From Thermodesulfobacteriota bacterium (lineage in GTDB: Bacteria > Desulfobacterota_D > UBA1144 > Nemesobacterales > JAJCZQ01), in NCBI GenBank assembly GCA_965203965.1, contig CBDBDR010000017.1, positions 256,001 to 320,000 of the forward strand: a DNA stretch of 64,000 nucleotides. Direction: 5' to 3'. Positions within the stretch are counted from its first letter, which is position 1, and each line of letters opens with the position of its first letter. The notes under the pieces were generated by a model, which made no database searches, was not told the origin of the DNA, and saw only the letters and a program-made list of their open reading frames with translations. Shown here piece after piece: positions 61,342-64,000 of this stretch. The position numbers and the translations under genes were made by a program.

Positions 61342-62700
61342 ATGGATGAGAAACTATATCCCGCTAACAATCCTCCCCTGTTTGTCCAGCCAGAGTCTAC
61401 CAAACCCCTTGCCGAAAGACTGAGGCCACAAAGACTGGAAGACGTCGTTGGTCAAGATCATTTATTGGGAGAACAAGGGATGATAAAAAAGATGATAGAA
61501 GCAGGTGCACTTCAACCCATGATTTTCTGGGGCCCTCCAGGGACTGGCAAAACGACCCTTGCCCAGATCATAGCAGATAAGATCAATGCCATTGTATACT
61601 CTATAAATGCAATATCCTCAGGTGTTAAAGACCTACGGGAAGTAATTGAAAAGGCAAAAGAGTCTATACTGACGGGTAAAAAAACAGTTTTATTTGTGGA
61701 TGAAATTCACAGGTTCAACAAAGCACAGCAGTCAGCTCTTTTGAAAAGCGTGGAAGATGGAACGGTTGTGCTTATCGGTACCACCACTGAAAACCCTTCT
61801 TTTGAAGTTATTGCTCCTCTTTTGTCACGGTCTCAGGTCTACACTTTAAATTCACTCAATGAAGATGACCTGAATGAAATTTTGAGACGTGCTTTGGAAA
61901 ACATCCCAACCCTTGATACAAAGAACAAAGGTTCTCATCTAAAAATTAATATAGATAACAAAGCCAGAAGTGAGTTGATCAGGTTGGCAGGTGGGGATGC
62001 GAGAGTTATGCTTAACGCTCTGGAAACTGCAATTCATACCACTTCTCCCGTTAATAATGGAATAACAATAGATATAAACACGGTAAAGCAAGCATACCAG
62101 ACCAGCAGATACAGGTATGATCAATCTGGGGAAGATCATTACAACACCATTTCAGCTTTTATCAAGAGTGTGAGGGGCAGTGATCCCGATGCTTCAGTTT
62201 ACTATCTGGCAAAGATGATAGAAGCAGGTGAAGATGTTAAGTTCATTGCAAGGAGACTTATAATACTTGCTTCGGAAGATATAGGGAACGCGGAGCCTTA
62301 TGCACTTACTCTGTCAACAAGTTGCTTTACAGCTGTAAATTACGTTGGTTTACCGGAAGCGGGGTTGATACTTGCACAGACTGCAACCTATCTTGCAAGT
62401 TGTCCAAAGAGCAATGCCTCTTACTTAGCACTTGGTAAAGCAGTTGAAGATGTTAGGTCAAAGCCAAATCTTGAAGTGCCAATGCATTTGAGAAATGCAC
62501 CGACAAAACTTATGAAGGAACTTGGATACGGTAAAAACTACAAATATTCACATAACTATGATGAGCATTTTGTAGATCAGGACTTTCTGCCTAAAGGATT
62601 GAGGGATAAAATATATTACAAACCAAATGAAATAGGGCGTGAAGTCTCGCTCAAAAAATACCTTGAAACCAAGTGGAAAAAGAGGCAAAAAAAGGATTAA
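61342..62700 (+). CDS. rarA: Replication-associated recombination protein A
   Basis: [48 protein letters not shown] and [10 protein letters not shown] motifs. Confidence 0.96.
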   Translation: MDEKLYPANNPPLFVQPESTKPLAERLRPQRLEDVVGQDHLLGEQGMIKKMIEAGALQPMIFWGPPGTGKTTLAQIIADKINAIVYSINAISSGVKDLREVIEKAKESILTGKKTVLFVDEIHRFNKAQQSALLKSVEDGTVVLIGTTTENPSFEVIAPLLSRSQVYTLNSLNEDDLNEILRRALENIPTLDTKNKGSHLKINIDNKARSELIRLAGGDARVMLNALETAIHTTSPVNNGITIDINTVKQAYQTSRYRYDQSGEDHYNTISAFIKSVRGSDPDASVYYLAKMIEAGEDVKFIARRLIILASEDIGNAEPYALTLSTSCFTAVNYVGLPEAGLILAQTATYLASCPKSNASYLALGKAVEDVRSKPNLEVPMHLRNAPTKLMKELGYGKNYKYSHNYDEHFVDQDFLPKGLRDKIYYKPNEIGREVSLKKYLETKWKKRQKKD

Positions 62701-63080
62701 TCTTTTCTTTCTATCAATTCCACCTTGTAACCATCTGGGTCTTCAAAGAACGCAATAACGGTGTTTCCGTGCTTCATTGGGCCAGGAGGTCTTGTCAGCC
62801 TACCACCGAGTTTTTCTATTTTTTCGCAAGCCAGATATATATCTTCAACCCCAAAAGCTATGTGTCCATAGCCATTACCCAGATCATATTTGGAAGTATC
62901 CCAGTTATGTGTCAACTCTAAAAATGGTTCAGTATCGTCCCCGTAACCCAGAAATGCGAGGCTGAATTTTCCATCGGGATACTGTGTAGTCCTATGATGT
63001 TTGAGTCCCAATGATTCCGTGTAGAATTTTATTGATCTTTCAAGATCACCGACCCGTATCATTGTATGAAGGTATTTCAT
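62697..63080 (-). CDS. gloA: Lactoylglutathione lyase (glyoxalase I)
   Basis: LHTMIRV.DL, LELTHNW, GYGHIA and [10 protein letters not shown] motifs. Confidence 0.95.
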   Translation of the reverse strand: MKYLHTMIRVGDLERSIKFYTESLGLKHHRTTQYPDGKFSLAFLGYGDDTEPFLELTHNWDTSKYDLGNGYGHIAFGVEDIYLACEKIEKLGGRLTRPPGPMKHGNTVIAFFEDPDGYKVELIERKD

Positions 63081-63154
63081 TTTTAGGCTCCTACTCTAAA
63101 GTTTGGGGGTTATATACCTACTTACCCGAACTGATATAACTACTTATACTATGA

Positions 63155-63334
63155 TTAAGTTTTATCTTTTGTTGGTTTGTAGTTTATATTGGGGATTGTT
63201 TTATCAGTAGGTTGTAAGTCATTTTGAGGTAGATTTCTCTTTTGAGTATCCGTTTTCTTTTTAGCGAATGTAGCATCTACGACTTCTTCCATAGTTGCTC
63301 TTATCGGTGGTATGATTTTTTGTTTTCTACCCAT
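63155..63334 (-). CDS. Small hypothetical protein (59 aa), below the ORF-track cutoff
   Basis: MGRKQKIIPPIRATMEEVVDATFAKKKTDTQKRNLPQ...KDKT*; stops about 12 nt from an end-like motif. Confidence 0.5.
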   Translation of the reverse strand: MGRKQKIIPPIRATMEEVVDATFAKKKTDTQKRNLPQNDLQPTDKTIPNINYKPTKDKT

Positions 63335-63456
63335 TTTTGATATTTACCTGTTTTAACGTCTTTACCTACTTTGCACTAACGTTTATTATACCTACTGATT
63401 TATACACTTATGTATTAAGAGCTAAGAAATACGTATTTTATAACAAATAAAGTTAC

Positions 63457-63744
63457 TTATACTGACATTAGTATAGTTGGAATTAATATTACTCTCGCTA
63501 TCCATTTTATGGTGTTAATACCACCATATAACTTATTTAACTTTTTTGTATCTTTCCTTACTTTTTTCATATCCTTTCTTACTTCACCTATATCTTCTCT
63601 CATATCATTTCTTAATTCGGTGAATTGAGTATTCATCAAGTTAATGATATCTGTATTTGTAGGTATATCTTGCATAAAAACTAAACTCCTTTCTAATGTA
63701 GTTTTTTTCTCACTGGTAATATCATATTCACCATCCATATTCAC
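63457..63744 (-). CDS. Small coiled-coil protein with C-terminal hydrophobic anchor
   Basis: Heptads ELRNDMR/EVRKDMK/KVRKDTK followed by WIARVILIPTILMSV. Start uncertain. Confidence 0.55.
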   Translation of the reverse strand: MNMDGEYDITSEKKTTLERSLVFMQDIPTNTDIINLMNTQFTELRNDMREDIGEVRKDMKKVRKDTKKLNKLYGGINTIKWIARVILIPTILMSV

Positions 63745-63905
63745 ATTTATACATTAGTTTTTAGCAAGAATTTAGCAACCCTGACTTTGGGACTTCCTAG
63801 TAAGTGGGTATGAATGAATTTCACCTCACACTTTTACCCATTGTTAGGGTTGCTACTTTTTTTACTGTGATTGTTTAATATATAAGTAAATCATAAAAAA
63901 CTACT

Positions 63906-64000
63906 ATGAAAGTCAGAGAAATAATAAAATTAATAAAAGATGATGGGTGGTATCTAGATAAACACAAAGCAACAAGTCATAGGCAATTCAAACATCCATC
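63906..64000 (+). CDS. hicA: HicA-family toxin, 5' part (runs off window end)
   Basis: MKVREIIKLIKDDGWYLDKHKATSHRQFKHP: L...GW and SH..FKHP pattern of HicA. Not in the ORF track. Confidence 0.85.
   Translation, partial: MKVREIIKLIKDDGWYLDKHKATSHRQFKHP

Larger units (their letters stand above)
63105..64000. mobile_element. Start of a second, AT-rich accessory island (continues beyond the window)
   Basis: GGGGTTATATAC end motif at 63106-63117 resembling the first island's ends, drop in GC, small ORFs and hicA. Confidence 0.5.

Overview
Compact, AT-rich chromosomal window from a diderm bacterium. The gene set and style suggest a Dadabacteria/Desulfobacterota-like lineage, but that is inference only. 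Most of it is housekeeping and metabolism: a nitrite/sulfite reductase, prfB with its +1 frameshift, nadK, pepA, pdxH, an EF-G paralogue, pyrG, rdgB, a TonB receptor, ssrA/smpB, a porin, ispG, tRNA-fMet, pepF, hpt and folate genes, aapJQMP, tkt-pgi-rpiA, a heterodimeric ABC exporter, gltA, rarA and gloA. Four accessory regions stand out. (1) 14.0-18.1 kb: a ~2 kb tandem duplication giving two lipoproteins, each with 13 helical 32/33/37-aa repeats that vary on one helix face and look combinatorially shuffled. (2) 19.6-19.8 kb: a structured leader with mutually exclusive pairings upstream of an outer-membrane beta-barrel gene. (3) 31.0-32.2 kb: an orphan PD-(D/E)xK-like gene downstream of tmRNA. 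(4) 55.3-59.8 kb and 63.1 kb onward: islands with similar GG(A/G)nTTATATA ends, each with a tiny ORF at the left end, carrying restriction-modification or toxin-antitoxin cargo and no transposase in the window. These may be non-autonomous IS1595 (ISNwi-like) cargo elements. No CRISPR array, rRNA, integrase or reverse transcriptase was seen. All calls come from reading motifs by eye; no database searches were run.
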